Source: Burkholderiales bacterium | Lineage (GTDB): Bacteria > Pseudomonadota > Gammaproteobacteria > Burkholderiales > SG8-39 | Reading direction: 5' to 3' | Assembly: GCA_035456405.1 (NCBI GenBank) | Contig: DATIDG010000034.1 | Location: 22,151 to 86,150, forward strand | Length of the DNA: 64,000 bases | In this document: positions 8,409 to 16,650 of the stretch, piece by piece | How positions within the stretch are numbered: the first letter of the stretch is position 1 | Layout: the number at the start of each line of letters is the position of its first letter | Notes under the pieces: model-generated | What the model was told of the DNA's origin: nothing | The model's database searches: none | Seen by the model: the letters and a program-made list of their open reading frames with translations, nothing else | Made by a program: the position numbers and the translations under genes

Positions 8409-9791
8409 TCATGCCGCCTTGTCGAGGTAGCGCTCGATTTGCGCGTCGGAGAGGCGCGCGAGCTCCGACTTCGGCAATGCACGCAGGATCTTCCAGCCGG
8501 CGTCCATGCTTGCCTCCAGCGTGCGCGCTTCGGGATGGCGCACCAGGTCCTGCTCGAAGCGCGAGCCGAACGCGAGGTACTTGCGATCGGTCTCGGAGAG
8601 GCCTTCCTCGCCGACTACGCTGGCGAGCACGCGCGCCTGGATCGACCGCGCATACGCCGCGTAGAGCTGGCTCGACAGGGCAGGGTGGTCGGCGTGGGTG
8701 AACCCCTTGCCGGTGCCGTCCTTCATCAGCCGCGACAGGCTCGGCAGCACGTTCACCGGCGGGTACACGCCGGCGCGGTCGAGCTCGCGCGACAGCACGA
8801 TCTGCCCCTCGGTGATGTAGCCGGATAGGTCGGGAATCGGGTGCCCGATGTCGTCGGAGGGCATGGTCAGAATCGGAAACTGCGTTAGCGTGCCCTTCGC
8901 GCCGTGCAAGCAGCCCGCGCGCTCGTAGAGTGTCGCGAGGTCCGAGTACATGTAGCCCGGGTAGCCCTTCCGGCCCGGCACCTCGCCTTTCGCGCCCGCA
9001 ACCTCGCGCAGCGCCTCGCAGTAGTTCGTGAGATCGGTGAGGATGACGAGCACGTGCTTGCCTTCCTCGAACGCGAGGTACTCCGCGGCGGTGAGCGCGA
9101 AGCGTGGCGTGAGCAGGCGCTGCGTCGAGGAGTCGCTCGCGAGGTTGAGGAACAGCGCCGCGCGCTCGAGCGCACCCGACTGCTCCAGCGAGCGCCGGAA
9201 GTACTCGGCGCTGTCGTACGGTACGCCGATCGCCGCGAAGATGATTGCAAACCCGCCGGCGCCCGCCCCGCGCAGCCGCGCGTTGCAGGCCACCTCCACC
9301 GCCATCCGGTCGTGCGGCAGCCCCGCGCCCGAGAAGATCGGCAGCTTCTGGCCGCGCACCAGGCTGTTCATCAGGTCGATGGCGGTGATGCCGCTCTCGA
9401 TGAAGTCGCGCGGCGTGGCGCGCGCCACCGGGTTGATCGGCAGACCCTCGATGCGCAGCGTCTTTTTCACCGGGATCGGCGGCCCACCGTCGATCGCCTC
9501 CCCGATTCCGTTGAACACCCGCCCGAGCATGGCCGGCCCGACGCCGAAATAGATCGGCTCGCCGAGGAAGCGCACGGCGGTGCCCTGGAGCGCGAGGCCG
9601 GAGCTCGACTCGAGCAGCTCGATCGTTAAATGGGTCTCGTCGATGGCGGCGACGCGGCCCAGGCGGGCGCGCCCGTCGCCGCCGCGCACCTCGACCGCCT
9701 CGTTCAGCCCGACGTCGAGCGTGCGGCGCAGGAAGAGCAGCGGCCCTTCGAGCCGGGTCGCTGCGTCGCTCACTATGACTCTAGGATGCAC
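8409..9791 (-). CDS. atpB: V/A-type ATPase subunit B
   Basis: 460 aa with SGAGLPHD, TDLTNYCEALREV, PGRKGYPGYMYSDLATLYERAG and PILTMPSDDIGHPIPDL. Start is GTG at 9791, overlapping the atpA stop, or alternatively GTG at 9773. Confidence 0.95.
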   Translation of the reverse strand: MHPRVIVSDAATRLEGPLLFLRRTLDVGLNEAVEVRGGDGRARLGRVAAIDETHLTIELLESSSGLALQGTAVRFLGEPIYFGVGPAMLGRVFNGIGEAIDGGPPIPVKKTLRIEGLPINPVARATPRDFIESGITAIDLMNSLVRGQKLPIFSGAGLPHDRMAVEVACNARLRGAGAGGFAIIFAAIGVPYDSAEYFRRSLEQSGALERAALFLNLASDSSTQRLLTPRFALTAAEYLAFEEGKHVLVILTDLTNYCEALREVAGAKGEVPGRKGYPGYMYSDLATLYERAGCLHGAKGTLTQFPILTMPSDDIGHPIPDLSGYITEGQIVLSRELDRAGVYPPVNVLPSLSRLMKDGTGKGFTHADHPALSSQLYAAYARSIQARVLASVVGEEGLSETDRKYLAFGSRFEQDLVRHPEARTLEASMDAGWKILRALPKSELARLSDAQIERYLDKAA

Positions 9792-11580
9792 TTTCCTCTT
9801 CCTTCACTGGCGCGAGTGCCCGGAACTCCGCCTCCATGCGCGCCTCGAGCGCGGCGAACTTGTCGAGCTCCGTTTCCGCGACCTCCTCGCCCATGCGCTG
9901 TAGCGGGCGGAGGATCTTCATCGCGGCGATGCGGTCCGGGGCGATGCCCGCGTGCAGTGCCGCCTCCGCCTTGTCGACGAAATAGGCGAGCAGCCGCATC
10001 ATCGCGGCCTGGCGGCTCGGGCCCGCGTAGCGGTCGATCTCCGAGAATGCCGACTGCCGGAGGAACGCCTCGTTGACCAGCTCGGCGCAGAACAGGGTGA
10101 GCTGCTGGCGCGGCGGCAGAGCGTCCTTGCCGATGATCCGCGCCATGCGCTCGAGGTGCGCCTGCTCGTCGAGCAGCGTCAGGAAGCGGCGGCGCAGCTC
10201 CAGCCACTCGTTCGCGCCGCTCGCGGCGGGACTGCCGCCGGCCGGGAGCGTCGAGTAGGTTTGCTGCCACCACTCGGCCATGTGGAGCGCGTCCTCCGAG
10301 TACGACTGCAGCGGGTTGATCGCGGGGTAGAAGCGGGCCTGCGCGCGCTTCGCGTCGAGCGCCCAGAAGGAGCGCACGTAACGCTTGGTGTGGCTCGTCA
10401 CCGGCTCGGAGAAATCGCCGGAAGGGGGGCTCACCGAGCCGAGCAGCGTCACCGAGCCGGCGTCGCCGCCCAGCGTGCGCACTTTCGCCGCGCGCTCGTA
10501 GAAGTCCGCGATGCGGCTCGAGAGATAGGTCGGATAGCCGCCTTCGCCGGGGAGCTCGCCGAAGCGGCCCGACACCTCGCGCAGCGCCTCGGCCCAGCGG
10601 CTGGTCGAGTCGGCCATCAGCGCCACGTGCAGCCCCTGGTCGCGGAAGTACTCGGCGACGGTCACGCCCGTGTAGACGCTCGCCTCGCGCGCCGCGACCG
10701 GCATGTTCGAGGTGTTGGCGATGATGACCGTGCGCTCCATCAGCGGGCGGCCGCTGCGCGGGTCCTCCAGCTTCGGGAACTCGTCGAGCACGCCGGCCAT
10801 CTCGTTGCCGCGCTCGCCGCATCCGAGGTAGACGATCACGTCGGCGCTGCACGCTTTCGCGAGCGCCTCGAGCAGCACGGTCTTACCAGTGCCGAAGCCG
10901 CCCGGGATCGCACCCTTGCCCCCGAGCGCGATGGGGAAGAGCGAGTCCAGGATCCGCTGCCCGGTCATGAGCGGCTCGTCCGACGGCAGCCGCTCGCGCA
11001 CCGGGCGCGGCTCGCGCACCGCCCAGAAATGACTCATCGCGACGTCGCGCGTCTTCCCGTCGGCGCCGCGCAGCTTCAGGATCGGCGCATCGTCCGCGTG
11101 CTCGCCGGCGGCGACGATGCTGACGACTTCGCCGGAGACCCCCGGCGGAACGAGCACGCGCTGCGGCTTGCCCTTGCTCGCGCCGACCTCCCCGAAGGGG
11201 TGGCCGGGCTCGAGCCGATCGCCCGGCTTCACGCGCGGCGTGAAGGCGAACACCGTCGACCGCCCCGCGCTCATTCCCGGCTCGACGTAGCTCGTCGTGG
11301 CGCCCGCGAGCGGCCGCATCAGCCCGTCGAAGATGTCGCCGAGCATCGCCGGCCCGAGGCGGACGCCGAGCAGTTCGCCCGTGCCCGCGATCTCGACACC
11401 CGGCCGCAAGCCGGTGGTGTCCTCGTACACCTGCGCGACGATCTCTTCCTCGTTGAGGCGGATGACCTCGCCGAGCAGCGCCTGGGGCCCGACGCGGATC
11501 GCCTCGCGCAGCCTGAAGGGCCCCTCGGCGCGCGCGCGCAGCACCGGGCCGCTGATCCATTTGATCCGCGCCGTGCTCAT
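9781..11580 (-). CDS. atpA: V/A-type ATPase catalytic subunit A
   Basis: 599 aa starting [13 protein letters not shown]. Walker A GGFGTGKT, plus [25 protein letters not shown] and [13 protein letters not shown] at 11578-11580. The track ORF to 12267 is read-through. Confidence 0.95.
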   Translation of the reverse strand: MSTARIKWISGPVLRARAEGPFRLREAIRVGPQALLGEVIRLNEEEIVAQVYEDTTGLRPGVEIAGTGELLGVRLGPAMLGDIFDGLMRPLAGATTSYVEPGMSAGRSTVFAFTPRVKPGDRLEPGHPFGEVGASKGKPQRVLVPPGVSGEVVSIVAAGEHADDAPILKLRGADGKTRDVAMSHFWAVREPRPVRERLPSDEPLMTGQRILDSLFPIALGGKGAIPGGFGTGKTVLLEALAKACSADVIVYLGCGERGNEMAGVLDEFPKLEDPRSGRPLMERTVIIANTSNMPVAAREASVYTGVTVAEYFRDQGLHVALMADSTSRWAEALREVSGRFGELPGEGGYPTYLSSRIADFYERAAKVRTLGGDAGSVTLLGSVSPPSGDFSEPVTSHTKRYVRSFWALDAKRAQARFYPAINPLQSYSEDALHMAEWWQQTYSTLPAGGSPAASGANEWLELRRRFLTLLDEQAHLERMARIIGKDALPPRQQLTLFCAELVNEAFLRQSAFSEIDRYAGPSRQAAMMRLLAYFVDKAEAALHAGIAPDRIAAMKILRPLQRMGEEVAETELDKFAALEARMEAEFRALAPVKEEESAS

Positions 11581-11618
11581 TCGAAGTTGTCCCAAGAACC
11601 CCGAACCGCCGCGCGGGA

Positions 11619-11690
11619 GGGGATATACAAGGGGCTCGCCCCTTGTTTGTGCATGGGGGACATACAAGGGGAGTCTCCCCTTGTTCGTAC
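11619..11690 (-). repeat. Two tandem copies of a ~35-bp unit, each with an 8-bp inverted repeat (acaagggg-N4/5-ccccttgt)
   Basis: Stems at 11627-11634/11639-11646 and 11664-11671/11677-11684. Flanks are also repeated (ggggaYatacaagggg...ccccttgttYgt). Lies in the only long gap (139 nt) of the ATPase operon, between atpE and atpA. Confidence 0.6.
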
Positions 11691-11719
11691 GAAGGGTTTG
11701 TTGTGATCGACGCGCAAAC

Positions 11720-12355
11720 TCATCTTCGAGATGACTCCTCTTGGTCTCCTGCTCCCTGCTCGAGATGGTGCAGCAGCTGCCCCTCGATCGCCTTGCGATC
11801 GGCGAGCAAACCCTCGAGCGTCGCGTCGAGCGTGTTATTGCCGGCGCGCACGCGGAACCCCGCGGCGAGGGTCGCGTCTTCCGCAAACGCGAGATCCGGG
11901 CCGCCGTGCGCGGCGAGCCAGCCCGCCGTCGCCTGGCGCTCGTCCGCGGCCCAGCCGGGCGCGTGCGCGATCTCCCACTCGGTGCGCGGCAGCGCCGCGA
12001 GGGCGCGCCCGAGATGCGTCTCTGCCCAGCGCCTGCGGCCCGCCGCATCGCGCCAGCGCGCTGCGAGCGCCGCCGGCAGCAGGCGCCAGCCCTCGGCGAG
12101 CATCGCCGCCTCGCGGCCCTGGTGCGCGAGGCGCTGGCGCGTGCGCAGATGCGCCTCCGCCCCGGCCACCGCGGCGTCGTAGCGCTTCCGCTCGTCGACG
12201 ATCGCCTCGTGCACGCGGCTCCGCGCGAGACGGAAGGCCTGCGCGACCAGTGCCCGTGCCTCGGCACGGGCCGCCGCGACGATCTCGCGCGACTTCGAGT
12301 CGCGGTACTCGTCGACGAGGGCGAGCAGGGCGCGGGCGCGCTCTTCGGTGTTCAT
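11720..12355 (-). CDS. atpE: V/A-type ATPase subunit E (peripheral stalk)
   Basis: 211 aa. N-terminal Ala/Arg coiled coil, then a globular C-terminus (GFRVRAGNNTLDATLEGLL). ATGA overlap with the subunit F stop. Confidence 0.7.
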   Translation of the reverse strand: MNTEERARALLALVDEYRDSKSREIVAAARAEARALVAQAFRLARSRVHEAIVDERKRYDAAVAGAEAHLRTRQRLAHQGREAAMLAEGWRLLPAALAARWRDAAGRRRWAETHLGRALAALPRTEWEIAHAPGWAADERQATAGWLAAHGGPDLAFAEDATLAAGFRVRAGNNTLDATLEGLLADRKAIEGQLLHHLEQGAGDQEESSRR

Positions 12356-12651
12356 CCCTCGAGCCCCAGCTGCCGTCGCACCCGCGCCGCAGGGTCAACC
12401 GGCGAAGCCCGACCGTCGAGGTCCGGCACGATCAGCACGAGCGGCGCCTGTGCGGCGATCGCCTGCTCGAGCCGCGCGAGCGGGATCTTCAGCGCGGTGT
12501 CCAGCGCGACCAGCACGACGCGCGCCTCGCCGCGGGCGCGCTCGAACGCCGCCGCTTCCTCGCCGGGCGGCGGGACGTGCACGGCGACCCCGGCGAGCCG
12601 GTACCCGCTCGCCATGATCGCGTCGCCGACGAATGCGATCGGGGAGGTCAT
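12352..12651 (-). CDS. atpF: V/A-type ATPase subunit F
   Basis: 99 aa starting MTSPIAFVGDAIMASGYRLAGV, then VVLVALDTA, the pattern typical of V-type F subunits. Confidence 0.75.
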   Translation of the reverse strand: MTSPIAFVGDAIMASGYRLAGVAVHVPPPGEEAAAFERARGEARVVLVALDTALKIPLARLEQAIAAQAPLVLIVPDLDGRASPVDPAARVRRQLGLEG

Positions 12652-12690
12652 GCGTCCGCTCTACGGAGCCTCCGATTGATGTCGTTCCAG

Positions 12691-13041
12691 TCAGCCCAGC
12701 CGGTTGAGAATCAGGATCGAGATGATCACGCCGTAGATCGCGATCCCTTCGGCGAGGCCGACGAAGATCAGCAGGCGACCGAGCAACTCGGGCTTCTCGG
12801 CCAGCGCGCCGACCGCAGCGGCGCCGAGCTTGCCGACCGCGAGGCCCGCGCCGAGCGAGGAGAGGCCCGTCGCGAGCGCGGCGGCGAGCAGACCCCAGCC
12901 AGCCGCGTCGCCGGTGAGCGCCGCCGCGGCGGCGGGTGCCTGGGCCGCGGCCGGTCCGGCCCAGAAGAGGAGGGCGGTGGCGCCGAGGCTCAGCGCGGCG
13001 GCGACCAGGGTCAGCGCGAGTGCGAACTTGATTCTTGGCAT
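12691..13041 (-). CDS. atpK: V/A-type ATPase proteolipid (K/c) subunit, single hairpin with an N-terminal signal-like helix
   Basis: 116 aa. MPRIKFALALTLVAAALSLGATALLFWAGPAAAQA, then a two-helix hairpin (GLSSLGAGLAVGKLG...FVGLAEGIAIYGVIISILIL) with the carboxylate Glu in helix 2. Confidence 0.85.
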   Translation of the reverse strand: MPRIKFALALTLVAAALSLGATALLFWAGPAAAQAPAAAAALTGDAAGWGLLAAALATGLSSLGAGLAVGKLGAAAVGALAEKPELLGRLLIFVGLAEGIAIYGVIISILILNRLG

Positions 13042-13043
13042 CG

Positions 13044-14852
13044 TTATTTCTCCGTGAGAGCGACGGGGGGCGGCAGCAGCGGCCGGAACTCGCGGCCCTC
13101 CGCCTGGAAGAAGCGGGCGAAAAACTCGAACAGCACGAGGCGCGTCGTCTGGATCGAGACGACCAGCCCCTCCAGCGCCAGGATGACGACATTCCCGAGC
13201 GCCAGTACGACGAGAAAGCCGAACGTTCCGCCGGCCGCGTCGGCGAGGGCAACCACGGCCGAGGACAGTCCCGCATGCGCGAGCGCGAACGCGCCCACAC
13301 GCGCGAACGAGAGCGTGTTGATCAGGATCTGCATTGCCCGCTCGACCAGTTCCCCGAGCGCTTTCAACGCCCCGATCGCGTGCCCCTCGGCGCGTGCGTG
13401 GCCGACCGCGAAGACGACTGCGCCTGCGAGCGCAACGAACGCCGAGGCCGGGCTCAGGAACAGTCCGAGGAGCCCCAAGTAGACGAGCACGAACCCGCCC
13501 TCGGTCGCGAGCCACTCGCCGAACTCGCCGCGCCACCAGGCCTCGAGCGCGCTCAGCACGAACCCGATCGCCAGGAAGACCACTCCGCCCAGGAGCGGCA
13601 CACCGAGCACCACGAGCGGCTCCTCGAGCGGATTGATCCAGAGCGGATGGATCAGATGCTCGACGCTGAAGACGCTGCCGAACGCGAGCCCGAAGACCGC
13701 TGCCGACAGCCCGGCGGGGATGAGGAGGCCGAGCACCGGCATGCGCTTGCGCAGCCAGAAGCCGGCGGCCGCGAGCACCAGCCCCTGGCCGACGTCGCCG
13801 AACATGTAGCCGAAGAGGAGCGGCACCGCGACCGCGAGCAGCTTGCTCGGGTCCGCGCCGTACTCACCGGGCATGCCGAAGAGCCGGCTGAAGATCTCGA
13901 ACGGCCGCGCCCACCAGGGATTGCGGAGCAGGAGTGGCGGGCGCACGCCCCGCGGCGGCTTCGGGAAGCTCGCGAGCGCGCGCGCGTCCGCGCGTTCGAT
14001 CGCCGCCGTCAGGCTCGGTGCATCGCTCGTCCAGCCGGTGATGCGCGAGAACACCTCGCCGCCTTCGATCGCGCCGACATTGTCGAAGCACCACGCCGCC
14101 CGCGCGACGTCGCCGAGGGCAGTGGGAACGTCGTGGCGCTCATCCAGGGCGGCGAGCTCGGCGCGCGCGGTCGCAGCGTCCCCGCTTCGAACCGCGCGGC
14201 GGTCCGCGATCAGCGCGAGATTCTCCTCGGCGCTTGGCCGCAGCCACTCCGGTACCTGCGCGCGGCGACCGTTCGCCGCCGCGACCTCCTGGCCGAGCGG
14301 CTCGATCGTCTCGGGAGCGCCGACCGCCAACAGGAATGTCTCCTCCTCGAAGTCGATCGGATGGAGCAGCACGCTCGAGGGCAGCGACAGCCGCGCCCCC
14401 TTCGGGTAGACGAACACGCACGCGACCACGCGGCCGCCCGGCTCGCCGATCGCCGAGAAATCGATCGGTGCGCCGCGCAGGCGCTCCATGACCCGCGCCA
14501 CGGTGTCGAGCTGCGCGATCTCGGACTCGGCGTCCTGCAGTCCCGCGATCACCCGGTCTGCCTCGGCCGACCAGGCATCGATGGTCGCGATCGCGGCCGC
14601 GAGCGCGTCGGCGGGCGCGACCCGCGTGGTCGCGCGCAGGCGCGCGGCCGGCCAGTACGCGCGATAGCGCCGCGACAGCACGCCGTACTCCCTGAGGAGA
14701 CGGTTGACCTGCGCGGCATCGTCCTGCTGGAGCGCGCCGCGCCGCCATTCGATCTCCACCGCGCCCGTCATGGCGAGCGCCTCGAGCGCGACGAACGCAT
14801 CGTCGCGCGCGACGAGGATCTCGAACCAGCGCGCCGCTTCAGGCCGGATCAC
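13044..14852 (-). CDS. atpI: V/A-type ATPase subunit I (a-type stator/proton path)
   Basis: 602 aa. GTG start overlaps the stop of the upstream gene. Soluble N-terminal half, then a multi-TM C-terminal half ending in SFARVGAFALAHAGL, the conserved Arg-containing helix. Confidence 0.85.
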   Translation of the reverse strand: MIRPEAARWFEILVARDDAFVALEALAMTGAVEIEWRRGALQQDDAAQVNRLLREYGVLSRRYRAYWPAARLRATTRVAPADALAAAIATIDAWSAEADRVIAGLQDAESEIAQLDTVARVMERLRGAPIDFSAIGEPGGRVVACVFVYPKGARLSLPSSVLLHPIDFEEETFLLAVGAPETIEPLGQEVAAANGRRAQVPEWLRPSAEENLALIADRRAVRSGDAATARAELAALDERHDVPTALGDVARAAWCFDNVGAIEGGEVFSRITGWTSDAPSLTAAIERADARALASFPKPPRGVRPPLLLRNPWWARPFEIFSRLFGMPGEYGADPSKLLAVAVPLLFGYMFGDVGQGLVLAAAGFWLRKRMPVLGLLIPAGLSAAVFGLAFGSVFSVEHLIHPLWINPLEEPLVVLGVPLLGGVVFLAIGFVLSALEAWWRGEFGEWLATEGGFVLVYLGLLGLFLSPASAFVALAGAVVFAVGHARAEGHAIGALKALGELVERAMQILINTLSFARVGAFALAHAGLSSAVVALADAAGGTFGFLVVLALGNVVILALEGLVVSIQTTRLVLFEFFARFFQAEGREFRPLLPPPVALTEK

Positions 14853-15649
14853 GGCAGCACCCCGAACGCCGCGCGCGTGACAAGCTGCGCGCGCAGCTTC
14901 TCGATGTCGAGCGCCACCAGGGCGATATAAGCGAAGGCTGCGACCGGCGTGAACGCATGGCGCCTGAAGCGCGCCGCGATCTGCGCCTCGAGGCCGCGGC
15001 GCATCGTCCAGGCGTCCTCCGAGCCGACATCGACGAACCGTGGCAGGTGCCGGAGCACGAGGCCCGCGAGCTCTTCGAGCGCTGCGGCGTCGTCGCCGCT
15101 GCGGTCGGGCCAACGATCGCGCCACTCCGCGAGCCAGACCTCGAGCGCGAGCGCATCGGCCGTGGCGGCGCGCAGGCCGTTCCCCTCGCCGAGTTGGGCC
15201 TCGATCGCGAGCACGACCGGCGCGAGCGGTCCGTTCCGCAGTGCCGCACGGCGTGCGTCGGCGTCCGCGTCCGCGTACTGCTGCAGCACCGGGTCACGAC
15301 GCATCCAGGGGGCCGGCGGCTCGCCGCGCGCGAGCCGGGTGACCGCCGGCAAGTCCACGAGATGCCCCGTCCAGTCCAGGGCGCGCTGCCACTCGCCGGA
15401 GACCCATGCGGCGACTTCGGCGATGGCCCCGCGGAGCTCGGTCCTCAGGCGCAGCTCGATCTCGTCCGCGTCGGCGTCGACGGGAATCGCGGCGACCCAG
15501 CGACGGAGCGGCGAGGCGCGCAGCGTCTCGAGCGCCGCAACCAGGCTGCGCGCGCTGCGGAGCTGGTTCCACAGCGACTCATCGCCACGCTGGCCGTAAC
15601 GGGACTGGAGGCGTGCCTGCGCGTATTCGAGCGGAAGTCCGCCGATCAT
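14849..15649 (-). CDS. atpC: Probable V/A-type ATPase subunit C (eukaryotic d / AC39-like)
   Basis: 266-aa all-helical protein in the position expected for subunit C. N-terminus YAQARLQSRYGQR...L...S is AC39-like. It is shorter and more divergent than typical members. Confidence 0.55.
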   Translation of the reverse strand: MIGGLPLEYAQARLQSRYGQRGDESLWNQLRSARSLVAALETLRASPLRRWVAAIPVDADADEIELRLRTELRGAIAEVAAWVSGEWQRALDWTGHLVDLPAVTRLARGEPPAPWMRRDPVLQQYADADADARRAALRNGPLAPVVLAIEAQLGEGNGLRAATADALALEVWLAEWRDRWPDRSGDDAAALEELAGLVLRHLPRFVDVGSEDAWTMRRGLEAQIAARFRRHAFTPVAAFAYIALVALDIEKLRAQLVTRAAFGVLP

Positions 15650-15749
15650 TCCCGCCGCCTCCGGTCGTCCATGGCCGACGGCGCACGGCCAGCCGAGGTC
15701 GCCGTTCTCGCATCCCTGGCAGAAAGCGCCGGGGCCCCCGCTCGGTAGC

Positions 15750-16106
15750 TCACTCGGCTGCTTCCTCCCCGATCAGCTCGTCGGCAAGCCGGTCGACCGC
15801 GCTCGCGAGGTTCGTTCGCGCAGCTTCGTCTTGTTCCGCCTGGGGGTCGGGCCCGACCGCCTCGGCGTCGATTGCGGCGAGCCGTGCGGCGCGCCGCTTA
15901 GCGGTGCTGGCGCGGATTGCGGATATGCGCGCGGCCGCGGTCTCCGCGATGCGCTTGTCGCGCGCGCGGGCGTCGGCGCGGATCCCGTCTGCGGTTTGCT
16001 GCGATGCCGCAACCTCGGCTCGCGCGCGGCGCTCGGCGTCGAGCACGCGCGCCATCGCGGCCTCGACTTCGCTGTCGTTGCGGGCTCCCTCCCTGGTCTG
16101 CGCCAT
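15750..16106 (-). CDS. Small Ala/Arg/Glu-rich coiled-coil protein, probable V/A-ATPase peripheral-stalk (G/H-like) subunit
   Basis: 118 aa from the ATG at 16106 (MAQTREGARNDSEVEAAMARVLDAERRARAEV...). First gene of the operon. Assignment rests on position and composition only. Confidence 0.45.
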   Translation of the reverse strand: MAQTREGARNDSEVEAAMARVLDAERRARAEVAASQQTADGIRADARARDKRIAETAAARISAIRASTAKRRAARLAAIDAEAVGPDPQAEQDEAARTNLASAVDRLADELIGEEAAE

Positions 16107-16184
16107 GTCTGTATCGCTTCTTTTGCAGTGCGGCGAAGGACCGGCCTCCCCGCCATTATTAGAGCCCGAGGGGCGCGAGCAGGG

Positions 16185-16198
16185 TTGACACCGGTCAA
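16185..16198 (-). promoter_or_regulatory. FNR/CRP-family (Anr/Dnr-type) box TTGAC-ACCG-GTCAA, upstream of the V/A-ATPase operon
   Basis: Perfect 5+5 inverted repeat. On the minus strand a TCTAAT/AATAAT -10-like element (16155-16163) sits about 30 nt downstream of the box centre, which fits class II (-41.5) geometry. Confidence 0.45.
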
Positions 16199-16353
16199 AT
16201 CGACCGCTCGCGGGCCGCGGCCCGCGGGTTGTCAACATTCGCGGCACGAAACCGTTAGTCCGGTTGCGCCGGCGGAGTGTCGCACGGCTCCGGCCGATTC
16301 ACTAAGATCGCCTTGCTTCCAACTCATTGAACCGCGCGCGGGAGAACCGCACG

Positions 16354-16650
16354 ATGCGCATGCTGGCCACCGCAATCGCTGCTACCGCGTTGGCTCTTGG
16401 CAGCCTGGCACACGCCCAGGTCGACGCCAAGAAAGGCGAGGCCGCGGCCAAGGAGGCGGGCTGCATGGCCTGCCATGCGATTGACAGCAAGAAGGTCGGG
16501 CCGTCTCTCAAGGAGACCGGCAAAAAGTACGCCGGCGCGGCCGAGAAGGTGATCGCCGCCATGAAGGCGAGCAAGGATCACGCCGACGCGGTCAAAGGCA
16601 CGAAGGACGCTGACCTCAAGCTGATCGCGTCCTGGATCGCGTCGATGTAA
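16354..16650 (+). CDS. Periplasmic monohaem class I cytochrome c, MtoD-like
   Basis: Signal peptide MRMLATAIAATALALGSLAHA. Single CMACH site. GPSLKE..KKY and a KDHAD His where c551-type proteins carry the Met loop. C-terminal LIASWI. Confidence 0.8.
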   Translation: MRMLATAIAATALALGSLAHAQVDAKKGEAAAKEAGCMACHAIDSKKVGPSLKETGKKYAGAAEKVIAAMKASKDHADAVKGTKDADLKLIASWIASM

